From a bacterium (GTDB lineage Bacteria; Vulcanimicrobiota; JABDET01): DNA of 64,000 nucleotides. The translations under genes were made by a program, and so were the position numbers. The notes under the pieces are model-generated. The model had not been told where the DNA came from. It saw nothing but the letters and a program-made list of their open reading frames with translations, and did not search any database. Shown here in pieces: positions 9,118-17,481 of this stretch (within the stretch, counting starts at the first letter, position 1; every line of letters starts with the position of its first letter). The DNA lies in assembly GCA_021800275.1 (NCBI GenBank), contig JAJYZB010000001.1:392624-456623 (forward strand). The letters run 5' to 3'.

Positions 9118-11514
9118 GTGTTTTTCAATCCTGGTATCGGCGACATCCTCCTGGTCATCCTGATCATTATCGCCAGTGTGCCTATTATCTCTATTGTCTA
9201 TTTCATCTCTATCAGGACCCTCAGAAGCCAACTCCAAAATCTCGAAATTAATCTGCAGAGCAGAACCGCAGAATTAATCGAACGAGTTTATCAAATTGAG
9301 CAGCTCCTGAAATTGACCAATACAGAACCCGTAATTCATTACCAGGAACCATCAAAAAATCAGACTGCTGAGGAACATCCAGTCCCTATGGAGATAAAAT
9401 CGCTGACGGAAAACCTGCTCCCTGTTGAAAATACAGCCTTTGCAGCAAACACAGTATCTGCTGAAAAATCTCAGGAGTCTAAAATGGCTGACTTTTCTCA
9501 GGTGAAGAGCACAGAAGAACTACAGCCCTCTTCTCCAGTGGAAAACGACCAGGAAATAAAATCCAGAATTGAGTGGGAAACCATCATTGGAGGAAAATGG
9601 TCATTATGGGTCGGAAGTCTTGCTGTTTTTCTGGCAGCCGCTTTTTTCCTGGCTTATGAATGGCAGAACTTCGGTCCTGGAGAAAAAATCAGCATTGGAA
9701 TCCTTTCAGGAATTATTTTTATGCTGGCAGGAGAACTTTCCCGACAAACAATACAGGAAAAATTTGGGGAAGGACTTCTTGGAACAGGGCTTGCCCTTCT
9801 TTATCTGACCATCTGGGCAGGAGTTTCAGTTTATTCAATTTTTACGCTCGACGCAGCTTTTCTCATGATGTGCTTCATTACGTTGATTGGAATTGCGCTG
9901 TCACTCATGAACAATTCCGAGAACCTATGTTTTATGTCAACGGCGGGAGGATTTCTCACCCCTTTACTGCTTCATTCAGGGATAACTTTCGCTCAAAATT
10001 ATCAACTCACGCTTATTCTCTTTTATCTGACAATCTTAGATGCAGGAATTTTAATTTTATCCCTTTATAAAAGATGGATCAGCTTAAAATGGTTGAGCTT
10101 TATAGGAACAATTGTTTGCGTCAGCCCCATGTTTTTATGGACTAGTCTGACTATCAGCACTAAAAAACCGATATTTTTTTCTTTTTTCACACTCTATTAT
10201 TTTCTGTTCTTCGCCACTTCATGTTTTTACAGTTTAATCCATAGAGAACAAACAAAAGCCGAAGATCTTATTTTACTTCTTGCTGACACAGCTGCTTATG
10301 CCCTCTCCATCTCTTCTCTCCATCTCTCTGCCAGATTTCCAGCCGGTTTCCCCCTATTTCTATCTATGCTTTACTTTTCAACAGCCTGGCTTGTGTATTC
10401 TAATATCAAAGAGAACCTTATTTTAAGAAATACCCTTCTTGGGATTGCGATCTTTTTTCTCACAATCGCAATCCCGCTTCAACTGCACCAAGGTGAAATT
10501 TCTATTGGATGGGCAGTGGAATCTGCTGTTTTAATCACTCTTGGGACACAATTTGAGGACCTGATCCTGCTGAGGGAAGGGCAGATTGTATGGGCCTTAT
10601 CTCTTGGCGCCACCCTTTTCACCATTCTCACCGGCAGATCTGAGCCTCATCTTTTATTCCTGAATCAACGCTCCTTACCCCTTTTATTAAACTTTATGGC
10701 AACCCTCTGGATCACTTACTATACCGCTAAAAAAAAGGAAGGAAACCTTATTCCTGCTTATATTCTGGCTGCTTCTTTAGAAGGGGCATGGCTTCTTGCT
10801 CAAGAAACTTATCTAGGATTCAGTTGGGCAAAATTTCCATCCCCCTCCACCTGGATCCCCGGAGCCATTGATTTTACTTCTATCCTGTGGGCAGGTTATG
10901 CTGTTCTTTTAACTTTCATAGGATTAAAATTTCAAAGTCTCTATACCCGAACGATCTCACAAATCATCCTTTTGCTGGCCAGTATCCTTACTCTTATCCC
11001 CACTTTTTATTTAAACCCAAAAACCTGGCTCCCATTTTTTAATTTGCGCTTTGGAGCTTTTGCCGCTGCAATCCTTGCGGCATATTTGATCTACACCTGG
11101 ACAATAAAAAATTTAGTTTTATTAACCGAGCAAGAAAAACAAAATTTAAATACGGCCGCTCTAATCATTTTCATTCTCGGACTCTGGGGATTAACCCAGG
11201 AAGTTTATATTTCTTTTTGGTTCAGCAGATCTACGCTAGGACCTCACTGGGACAGAGCAGCCCAGCTTGGCATTTCTCTAACCTGGGTATTGTGCGGAAC
11301 TCTTTTATTAATCGCTGGCATTATAAAGAAATACCAGCTGCTTCGAATCCTGGCTTTTGGGCTTCTCGGCTTGACAATACTTAAAGTTTTTCTTCTCGAT
11401 CTCCAGTTTCTCCCAACCTCTTACCGAATTCTTTCATTTTTAGGACTCGGGCTAGCGCTCATCGGAATCTCCTTCCTTTACAGCCGCTTTGGAAGGAATA
11501 TTGAATCAGAATAG
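9118..11514 (+). CDS. Large polytopic membrane protein (DUF2339-like): N-terminal TM, coiled-coil, then about 20 TM helices
   Basis: GTG start. The hydrophobic pattern continues through the whole 798 aa. No enzymatic motifs recognised. Confidence 0.5.
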   Translation: MFFNPGIGDILLVILIIIASVPIISIVYFISIRTLRSQLQNLEINLQSRTAELIERVYQIEQLLKLTNTEPVIHYQEPSKNQTAEEHPVPMEIKSLTENLLPVENTAFAANTVSAEKSQESKMADFSQVKSTEELQPSSPVENDQEIKSRIEWETIIGGKWSLWVGSLAVFLAAAFFLAYEWQNFGPGEKISIGILSGIIFMLAGELSRQTIQEKFGEGLLGTGLALLYLTIWAGVSVYSIFTLDAAFLMMCFITLIGIALSLMNNSENLCFMSTAGGFLTPLLLHSGITFAQNYQLTLILFYLTILDAGILILSLYKRWISLKWLSFIGTIVCVSPMFLWTSLTISTKKPIFFSFFTLYYFLFFATSCFYSLIHREQTKAEDLILLLADTAAYALSISSLHLSARFPAGFPLFLSMLYFSTAWLVYSNIKENLILRNTLLGIAIFFLTIAIPLQLHQGEISIGWAVESAVLITLGTQFEDLILLREGQIVWALSLGATLFTILTGRSEPHLLFLNQRSLPLLLNFMATLWITYYTAKKKEGNLIPAYILAASLEGAWLLAQETYLGFSWAKFPSPSTWIPGAIDFTSILWAGYAVLLTFIGLKFQSLYTRTISQIILLLASILTLIPTFYLNPKTWLPFFNLRFGAFAAAILAAYLIYTWTIKNLVLLTEQEKQNLNTAALIIFILGLWGLTQEVYISFWFSRSTLGPHWDRAAQLGISLTWVLCGTLLLIAGIIKKYQLLRILAFGLLGLTILKVFLLDLQFLPTSYRILSFLGLGLALIGISFLYSRFGRNIESE

Positions 11515-11517
11515 AGC

Positions 11518-11808
11518 TTACTGGGTTCGAAAACCCAGAGCATGTTCCCCTTTTAAAGGATAAAAAAAGACCTGATGAATCTTTTCGTATAGGGTGAACA
11601 TTAAGACAGGAGATTTCCCTTCTGATTTATATTCTCCATCATGAACACGAACCGAAATCCAGGCCTCTTTAATCTCCTCAATTTCTGTCACAAGAATATG
11701 ATTTTCTCCACATACAAAAGCCACTTTAGCATCATTGGATTTAGATTCTTTTTTGAATCTTTCCAGCTGCTTTGGAAATTCTTTTTCAAAATACGCTTTA
11801 TCAAACAT
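11518..11808 (-). CDS. Hypothetical small protein (96 aa)
   Basis: Clean ORF, convergent with the upstream gene. No recognisable motif. Confidence 0.35.
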   Translation of the reverse strand: MFDKAYFEKEFPKQLERFKKESKSNDAKVAFVCGENHILVTEIEEIKEAWISVRVHDGEYKSEGKSPVLMFTLYEKIHQVFFYPLKGEHALGFRTQ

Positions 11809-11979
11809 AAAAACACCTCTCCTGGTTCTAAGATTCTAATATTTAACGTTTTCCTCCCACACTGAATTTTCCTGTCATGCGAAAGTTGTTCTAAGATGTA
11901 GGAATTGAACGACATCTCACAGAATAATCTTAATGCAGTTGTCCAAGAAGCGCTTTAGAAGCGTTTTTAGATAATTTCT

Positions 11980-12055
11980 GCGGGAGTAGCTCAGTTGGTA
12001 GAGCGCTAGCCTTCCAAGCTGGATGTCGCGAGTTCGAACCTCGTCTCCCGCTCCA
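11980..12055 (+). tRNA. tRNA-Gly (anticodon UCC)
   Basis: GCGGGAG/CTCCCGC acceptor stem. GCTC..GAGC D-arm. Anticodon loop CTTCCAA. GCGAGTTCGAACCTCGT T-arm. Ends in CCA. Confidence 0.85.
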
Positions 12056-12162
12056 ATTTCGGGGAGGAAATTTCTCTGCCATTCAATCAAAAGAGGAAAA
12101 ATGATGAAGTTTAATTTTACGGAATTAAACGGTGGTTCCAGCCTTTGGATGAAAGTATGACC

Positions 12163-13218
12163 ATGAAACAGAAAATCGGCTTTTTTTTTGCTATCTGTTT
12201 TCTTCTCAAAACCTGTCTTGCTGCTGCTGAACCTTTCAGCATCCAGGCTGAACCATGGAAAAAAGCAAATCAATTGTTTCATCAAGATTCAAGATGGGTG
12301 GGGAGTGATGCCGCCTACTCAATTAGCCTTGGAAAGAACAAGACTCTCTGGTTGTTTGGAGATACTTTCATTAATCCTAAAGGAACAGCAAACAGAAAAG
12401 GGGCTTTTTTTATCCACAACTCCATAGGGATCGAAAAAGGACTCAATCCTTCCAGAGCCAGAATTCATTTTTACTGGAGGGAAACAGATCATTCCCCTGC
12501 TCCCTTTTTCCTGAACTCTTCATTAAAAAACAACTGGTACTGGCCAGGAAATGGAATCCTGATCAAAAAACATCTCTTGCTTTTTTTAATGAAAGTTTCT
12601 CGAAATCAAAAAGATCCTCTGGGATTTAAAATTTTAGGGACAAAAGCGATTTTAATCCAAAACCCAGAGGATTCTCCCTTAAAGTGGAAGTGGCAGTCGG
12701 TTGCCCTGCCTCCAAACCATCAGGGGCTTTTATGGGGGACTGGAGGGATTTTCTTTAAGCGTAAAAAACTTTATGTGTACTGTCCAAAAATAGCTGGCAG
12801 TCATGCTGTTTATCTTCTCGAATGGTCTGCTGAGGACGTTCTGAATAGAAACCTGTCACATCCTTTATTCTGGAGCAGAAAACCTGTTTTCTTAAATGGC
12901 GAAACTGAATTTTCAGTCAATTATTTCCCCTTTCTCAAAAAATATATTGAAATCCAAAGTATAGGATTTGGAGCTGCTCCAATTGGATTCAGACTCGCCT
13001 CTAAACCGTATGGACCATGGCAAAAGTTAAAAATTATTTATCAATTCAATCCAAGAAATTCAAAAAATCTCCTGTACTACGCGGCTAAAGCCCATCCGGA
13101 GCTGAAAGGGGCTCCTTTAATTATTACTTATGCTTCCAATACGCTCTATTTCAACCAGCTCATACAAAACAATTCCCTTTACTATCCTCGATTCTTGCGA
13201 ATCAGGTTTTCTAAATAG
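12163..13218 (+). CDS. Secreted hypothetical protein (signal peptide; possible beta-propeller / DUF4185-like, WLFGDTF motif)
   Basis: MKQKIGFFFAICFLLKTCLAAAEP is a signal peptide. The track start at 12145 is a TTG. The ATG at 12163 is preferred. Confidence 0.5.
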   Translation: MKQKIGFFFAICFLLKTCLAAAEPFSIQAEPWKKANQLFHQDSRWVGSDAAYSISLGKNKTLWLFGDTFINPKGTANRKGAFFIHNSIGIEKGLNPSRARIHFYWRETDHSPAPFFLNSSLKNNWYWPGNGILIKKHLLLFLMKVSRNQKDPLGFKILGTKAILIQNPEDSPLKWKWQSVALPPNHQGLLWGTGGIFFKRKKLYVYCPKIAGSHAVYLLEWSAEDVLNRNLSHPLFWSRKPVFLNGETEFSVNYFPFLKKYIEIQSIGFGAAPIGFRLASKPYGPWQKLKIIYQFNPRNSKNLLYYAAKAHPELKGAPLIITYASNTLYFNQLIQNNSLYYPRFLRIRFSK

Positions 13219-13292
13219 GTTCTTGACTTGATATCCCTTAAGCAAATTTTCAAATTCAAGGATTTGAAAGCGATTTTACAAAACTTTCCTTT

Positions 13293-13574
13293 ATGACGAT
13301 TCAAGAATTCCAGAATCAGATTGAAAAACTTTATTTTGAAAAAGATGAAAAAAGAGGGATTGAAGGGACTTTCCGCTGGTTTGTGGAGGAAGTTGGGGAA
13401 CTGGCAAAAGCTCTCCGAAAAAATGACCCTAAAAATCTCGAAGAAGAATTTTCTGACTGTCTGGCATGGCTTGTGAGTTTAGCTTCTTTAAAAGGGATTG
13501 ATGCTCAAAAATGCGTTCAGCGCTATTTTCCTCACTGTCCTAAATGTAAAAAGCTTCCCTGCTCCTGCCCTTAA
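13293..13574 (+). CDS. MazG-like nucleotide pyrophosphohydrolase (small single-domain form) with C-terminal Cys cluster
   Basis: FVEEVGELAKALRK...EEEFSDCLAWL gives the EExxE/D metal-binding helices of the MazG/all-alpha NTP-PPase fold. The C-terminus is CPKCKKLPCSCP. Confidence 0.65.
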   Translation: MTIQEFQNQIEKLYFEKDEKRGIEGTFRWFVEEVGELAKALRKNDPKNLEEEFSDCLAWLVSLASLKGIDAQKCVQRYFPHCPKCKKLPCSCP

Positions 13575-13601
13575 AAAAAAGCACCCGCGCTTTCGCGCGG
13601 G
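13573..13601 (-). terminator. Rho-independent terminator for the minus-strand sigma / anti-sigma / CpxP-like operon
   Basis: CCCGCGC-TTTC-GCGCGGG hairpin at 13584-13601. On the minus strand it is followed by T8 (13573-13580), 28 nt downstream of the stop at 13629. Confidence 0.45.
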
Positions 13602-13628
13602 AGCCACTTTGAGGTGGTAGAAGCTAGA

Positions 13629-14177
13629 CTAATGAGCCATTTGAACTCTGCGATCAGGCGGCCCACCTGCCATAGGAGGAGGCATCCGATGCATTGGACG
13701 CAGGAAACATCCCCCCAGAATATGATGAATGATCATCCAAGTGAATGGGATCTGCTCATCTGGTTTTAGTTCAGATCTGATCTTGAAATAAGCATTGACT
13801 AAATTTTCCTGTTTCTCTTTTTGAAGAGTTAAAATTTCTGCAAGCTTTTGATCAAGAGCAGTCCTGGTTGGTTTTGGACTCAAAAGAATTTGCGCCAATT
13901 CAATCTTCTTTTTCATTTGTTCCAAACTGAGCAGCATCTGTTTTTGATGGATTGTCATCATGACTTTTCTAATTTTTTTCATTTCAGAACGGCTGGGGTG
14001 AAAAAAGAATACGTTTCCGCCAGACTTAACAAACATTTGTCTCTGCGCTGCCAGAGGCGAGGAAACTCCTCTTGTAAAACTCCTAGAATAACCTTCCGAT
14101 TTTTTTGAAAATAGCCAAATCGCTCCAACTGCCCCAATAAAGGCGGCAGTTAACATCACAATTAATGATTTTTTCAT
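13629..14177 (-). CDS. Periplasmic CpxP/Spy-family-like protein (signal peptide, helical, LTxxQ-like repeats)
   Basis: MKKSLIVMLTAAFIGAVGA is a signal peptide. LSLEQMKKKIE and LTLQKEKQENL are LTxxQ-like. It sits downstream of the anti-sigma factor. Confidence 0.45.
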   Translation of the reverse strand: MKKSLIVMLTAAFIGAVGAIWLFSKKSEGYSRSFTRGVSSPLAAQRQMFVKSGGNVFFFHPSRSEMKKIRKVMMTIHQKQMLLSLEQMKKKIELAQILLSPKPTRTALDQKLAEILTLQKEKQENLVNAYFKIRSELKPDEQIPFTWMIIHHILGGCFLRPMHRMPPPMAGGPPDRRVQMAH

Positions 14178-14189
14178 GGTTTTCCCTCC

Positions 14190-14738
14190 TTATTTCTTAA
14201 TGGTTTCCGGCAGCGGTCCTCGAGCAGAACCTAAATTAAAACTTGACAACTCTCCAGCAGCATGACTGCTGTACGAATACTCTGGCAGTGAATCAGGAAA
14301 AACTTGATCCGGTTTAAAAATTGAAGTGGAAAATTCAGACAGAGCAGCAGAATAACCTGCGCGTTTCATTTGATTCGCAGTGAAAATTCTCTGCCTTACC
14401 GCCAGTGCTGCATAAACTAACAGCACTGCCACAAAAGCAGATGAAAGGAAATAAATGGCAAATCGAAAACGGTGCTTTCCTGAATTCAAAACAGATAAAA
14501 ATGAAAAACTCTGCTTGTTTTCTTTTTGGAAATTCGTCAAGAACCTTTTGCATGAGAATGGATCTGGATCTGCAGCAGGAAGATTGTCCAGAGAGCTCCA
14601 AGCGCGATTTAAATGGGAATGGAATCCTTCACAAGCTCTACATTCCTTCAGATGGGATCGAATCATCTGCTGCTCCAATGACTCAAGAGCCCCTTCCTCA
14701 TAATCTGTCAGACGGAATTTGATCTCTGCGCATTCCAT
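14190..14738 (-). CDS. Membrane-anchored anti-sigma factor (zf-HC2 type)
   Basis: N-terminal HLKECRACEGFHSHL is an HxxxCxxC zinc-binding anti-sigma motif. One TM helix, FAIYFLSSAFVAVLLVYAALAV. It overlaps the sigma gene's stop. Confidence 0.6.
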   Translation of the reverse strand: MECAEIKFRLTDYEEGALESLEQQMIRSHLKECRACEGFHSHLNRAWSSLDNLPAADPDPFSCKRFLTNFQKENKQSFSFLSVLNSGKHRFRFAIYFLSSAFVAVLLVYAALAVRQRIFTANQMKRAGYSAALSEFSTSIFKPDQVFPDSLPEYSYSSHAAGELSSFNLGSARGPLPETIKK

Positions 14739-15277
14739 GACTGCCCTCCTTCTTGTTTTGTATCCTTCAATTTCTCAGCCAGACGGCATTTTGCTTCATG
14801 CAGACGGCTTTTCACTTTATCCGATGAAATCAAAAAAACCTCTCCTATTTCATCATAAGAAAAACCATAAAACTTCCTGAGAAGAAGCAAAATTCGATCC
14901 TGCGGCTGGAGGGAATAAAAAGCATCCTGAATCTCTAGACGAATCACAGCCTGATCCCCAGCAGACCTCTCTGCCTTTCCCTTTTCCATCGAAAATAAAA
15001 ACAGAATTTTTCTCTTCTGCTTCCTCTTCCAATTTAAACAAGTATTGGTGGCTAACCGATAAAGCCAGGTAAATGCCCCTCCTTCTCCTCGAAAAGTCTC
15101 TGCTTTTTGAAAAACAGAAAAAAAAATCTCCTGGCACAGATCCTCAGCATCCTCTGCAGAACCAGAAAACCGATAGGCTAAATGGTAGATCGGTTTCCAA
15201 AAACGCTCTGTGAAAAGCTCAAATGCCTTTCTATCTCCATTTTTCACCTGAACAAGAAGCAAATTTTCCTGATCCAT
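14708..15277 (-). CDS. ECF-family RNA polymerase sigma-70 factor
   Basis: Region 2, YRFSGSAEDAEDLCQEIFFSVF, and region 4, FYGFSYDEIGEVFLISSDKVKSRLHEAKCRL, are present. The start is probably M16 (ATG 15275-15277); the track gives 15322. Confidence 0.8.
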   Translation of the reverse strand: MDQENLLLVQVKNGDRKAFELFTERFWKPIYHLAYRFSGSAEDAEDLCQEIFFSVFQKAETFRGEGGAFTWLYRLATNTCLNWKRKQKRKILFLFSMEKGKAERSAGDQAVIRLEIQDAFYSLQPQDRILLLLRKFYGFSYDEIGEVFLISSDKVKSRLHEAKCRLAEKLKDTKQEGGQSWNAQRSNSV

Positions 15278-15547
15278 CACTCTGTTAGACACCCCTGAAT
15301 GGAAAAAGTTGGAAGGCTGCAAAATGATTCTTTTAACTTCTCAGAGAGAACTGCCAACAGTCCCTCTAAACACAGCCATTTATTTCACTTCCATTCATTA
15401 TAGATCCTGGCAAGATCGTGTATTTAGTCTGTCAAAATATTTTTTAGGATTGGTTAGATGGGAGCAGTGATCCTTGTTTTCAGATTCAATGGATTAAGCA
15501 GGATTTATCATAAAACTGATACAATTGAATGATTCAGAAGAAGTATC

Positions 15548-15754
15548 GTGAGACAGGTCATTCTTTATACGGGAGAAGATAAGTATTGGATTGCTGAATG
15601 TCCTTCTCTTCCAGGGTGTATTACACAGGGGAACACCAAGGAAGAAGCAATTGCCAATATTAAGGAAGCCATTAGGGGTTATGAAGCTGCCTTGCAGCAG
15701 GATAAACTTCCTATTCCTAAAGAGAAATTTGAAGCTATGCTCTTCGTGGTATGA
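15548..15754 (+). CDS. hicB: Type II toxin-antitoxin HicB-family antitoxin (UPF0150)
   Basis: YWIAECPSLPGCITQGNTKEEAIANIKEAI is a near-consensus HicB/UPF0150 core. The TGA stop overlaps the next ATG (ATGA). Confidence 0.75.
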   Translation: MRQVILYTGEDKYWIAECPSLPGCITQGNTKEEAIANIKEAIRGYEAALQQDKLPIPKEKFEAMLFVV

Positions 15755-15839
15755 GCAAGCTCCCACGCATTTCAGGACGAGATGCTGTGAAAGCCTTGCA
15801 GTGGAAGAGTTTGTGGAACTCCTCACAAACCCCTTGTAA
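15751..15839 (+). pseudogene. hicA: hicA toxin remnant with an internal deletion and frameshift
   Basis: Frame 1 reads MSKLPRISGRDAVKALQ, a HicA N-terminus, then diverges. A different frame ends ...SLAVEEFVELLTNPL*, which is HicA C-terminus-like. The middle of the gene, about 30-35 aa including the catalytic His region, is missing. Confidence 0.45.
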
Positions 15840-15843
15840 ATAC

Positions 15844-15918
15844 TGGTGGGCCGCGCAGGGATCGAACCTGCGACACCCTGATTAAAAGTCAGGTGCTCTA
15901 CCACTGAGCTAGCGGCCC
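15844..15918 (-). tRNA. tRNA-Lys (anticodon UUU)
   Basis: The reverse complement reads GGGCCGCTAGCTCAGTGGTAGAGCACCTGACTTTTAATCAGGGTGTCGCAGGTTCGATCCCTGCGCGGCCCACCA, a standard cloverleaf. Its 3' end abuts the hicA remnant. Confidence 0.85.
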
Positions 15919-16022
15919 TTAATCATCTTAGAACTTGTCCTGTTTTTTTCTGCTTTTTCTCAGAACCCCCTTCTTCTGGCAGAAAGGATCTTGTTCTTTA
16001 AGCTGGAATATCAAAAATCGTT

Positions 16023-16751
16023 ATGGAAAAAAGAAAGCTTTTAATCTCCTTTTTATTTCTTGCCTGGATTTGCGCTGCCTCTGGCTGCTCCCGAAAAACC
16101 TTTCACCAACCAAGCCCAAAGCCGGTAAATATGGCTCGTTTTTACTTAAATCAAGGGATTCAGCTTCAAAAATCCGGCCAATTCGAAGCAGCCATTCAAT
16201 ATTATAAACGCTCGATAAAGGTCAACCCAAAGTTTTTCCCCGCCGTATTTGATATGGGACTCTCTTATTCTAGACTTGGGAACTACAAAAAAGCGCTTTC
16301 AATGTTCACTGAATCCACTAAACTACGCAGCGATTTTCCTCCTAGTTACTGTGAACTTGGACTCACTTATGCAAGAATGAAAAACTATCCAAAAGCTCTT
16401 CAAAATTTAACTCGTGCCATTCAGTTAAATCCTAAATATGCCGAGGCTTATCTCAATACCGGAGTGGTTTTTGAGCAGGAACACCATAATAAAAAAGCTC
16501 TCCTGAATTATAACAAGGCGATTCAGCTTAACCCTCATTCAGCACGCTGCTTTGTGGATCGCGGATACGTATATATGAAAATCAAAAAATATCATGCTGC
16601 AGTCCGAGATTTTCACAAAGCGATTCAGATCAATCCCAAGAGCGCACTTGCGTTTAAGGGGCTTGGAAAAGCATATACTGCCCTTGGAGAACAAACAAAA
16701 GCTCAATTTGCCTATAAAAAAGCTGAAATGTTAAAACAAAAATCTCAGTAA
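16023..16751 (+). CDS. TPR-repeat lipoprotein
   Basis: Lipobox LAWICAASGC. At least six TPR units: AIQYYKRSIKVNPKF, ALQNLTRAIQLNPKY and others. Confidence 0.7.
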   Translation: MEKRKLLISFLFLAWICAASGCSRKTFHQPSPKPVNMARFYLNQGIQLQKSGQFEAAIQYYKRSIKVNPKFFPAVFDMGLSYSRLGNYKKALSMFTESTKLRSDFPPSYCELGLTYARMKNYPKALQNLTRAIQLNPKYAEAYLNTGVVFEQEHHNKKALLNYNKAIQLNPHSARCFVDRGYVYMKIKKYHAAVRDFHKAIQINPKSALAFKGLGKAYTALGEQTKAQFAYKKAEMLKQKSQ

Positions 16752-16881
16752 AGCAGCTTTAAATCAATTTTTTCATTTTTTGTTTACTTCTGCCCCATTT
16801 TTTTCACGGTCATTTAATTCTCATTTAATTTCAAATTAACACCAGTTGTTATAATGATTGCATTGGAAGGAGATGAAATCA

Positions 16882-17481
16882 ATGAAAATCAATCAGTGTG
16901 TCAGAGGAATTGTCGTATCAACAGCATTGGCAGTAGGAGCTGGAAGTCTTACAGGCTGCGCATCCCTGCAGCCGATGCAGGATGGCGCTGCTCAGCAAAC
17001 CACGCAGCTGTCCCATGAAAAAGAACTGAGGGTCATCAGCACCAACGAAACCCTTTCCATGCTTAAAGGGCTGGCTGATGGAATTGAAAACAAGCAGATT
17101 CCAGGAACCTGGGCTTGCACAGAAAAAATGGGAATTTTAACCACTTCTACAGGGGGACAGTATATCCAATACCATTACATGTGTGAAAAGAGCCAAAAGC
17201 ATGCGCCAGCAGAAACCCTGAACCCGCAGGACGTTTATGACCACCTCAATGCAATTGCTGTGCCTTATAAGAGCAATTTAGCCTGCCAAAATGCGGAATA
17301 TGTTACGATTAATGGAAACATCGCAAAAACAGGCACTTGCAATGGTCCAGATCCTGGAGGACATGTGAAGCAGCCTGCTGCAGGTTCATCAGGAGTCAAT
17401 GTCAGCGGCACAATGAAATTCTTAGATACAGGAGCTGATATCTTAGCTAAAATTGCCAAATTTGCGACAATTATCCCCTAA
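16882..17481 (+). CDS. Cys-rich hypothetical lipoprotein
   Basis: MKINQCVRGIVVSTALAVGAGSLTGC has a lipobox. AAGGAG sits 10 nt upstream of ATG 16882. The track start at 16858 is a TTG. Confidence 0.5.
   Translation: MKINQCVRGIVVSTALAVGAGSLTGCASLQPMQDGAAQQTTQLSHEKELRVISTNETLSMLKGLADGIENKQIPGTWACTEKMGILTTSTGGQYIQYHYMCEKSQKHAPAETLNPQDVYDHLNAIAVPYKSNLACQNAEYVTINGNIAKTGTCNGPDPGGHVKQPAAGSSGVNVSGTMKFLDTGADILAKIAKFATIIP

Noticed and set aside
11917-12285. 122 aa minus-strand ORF
   Set aside because: It overlaps tRNA-Gly(UCC) on the opposite strand and has no motifs. It is a spurious ORF.
15494-15904. 136 aa minus-strand ORF
   Set aside because: It runs through tRNA-Lys and antisense through hicB. 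It is a spurious ORF.
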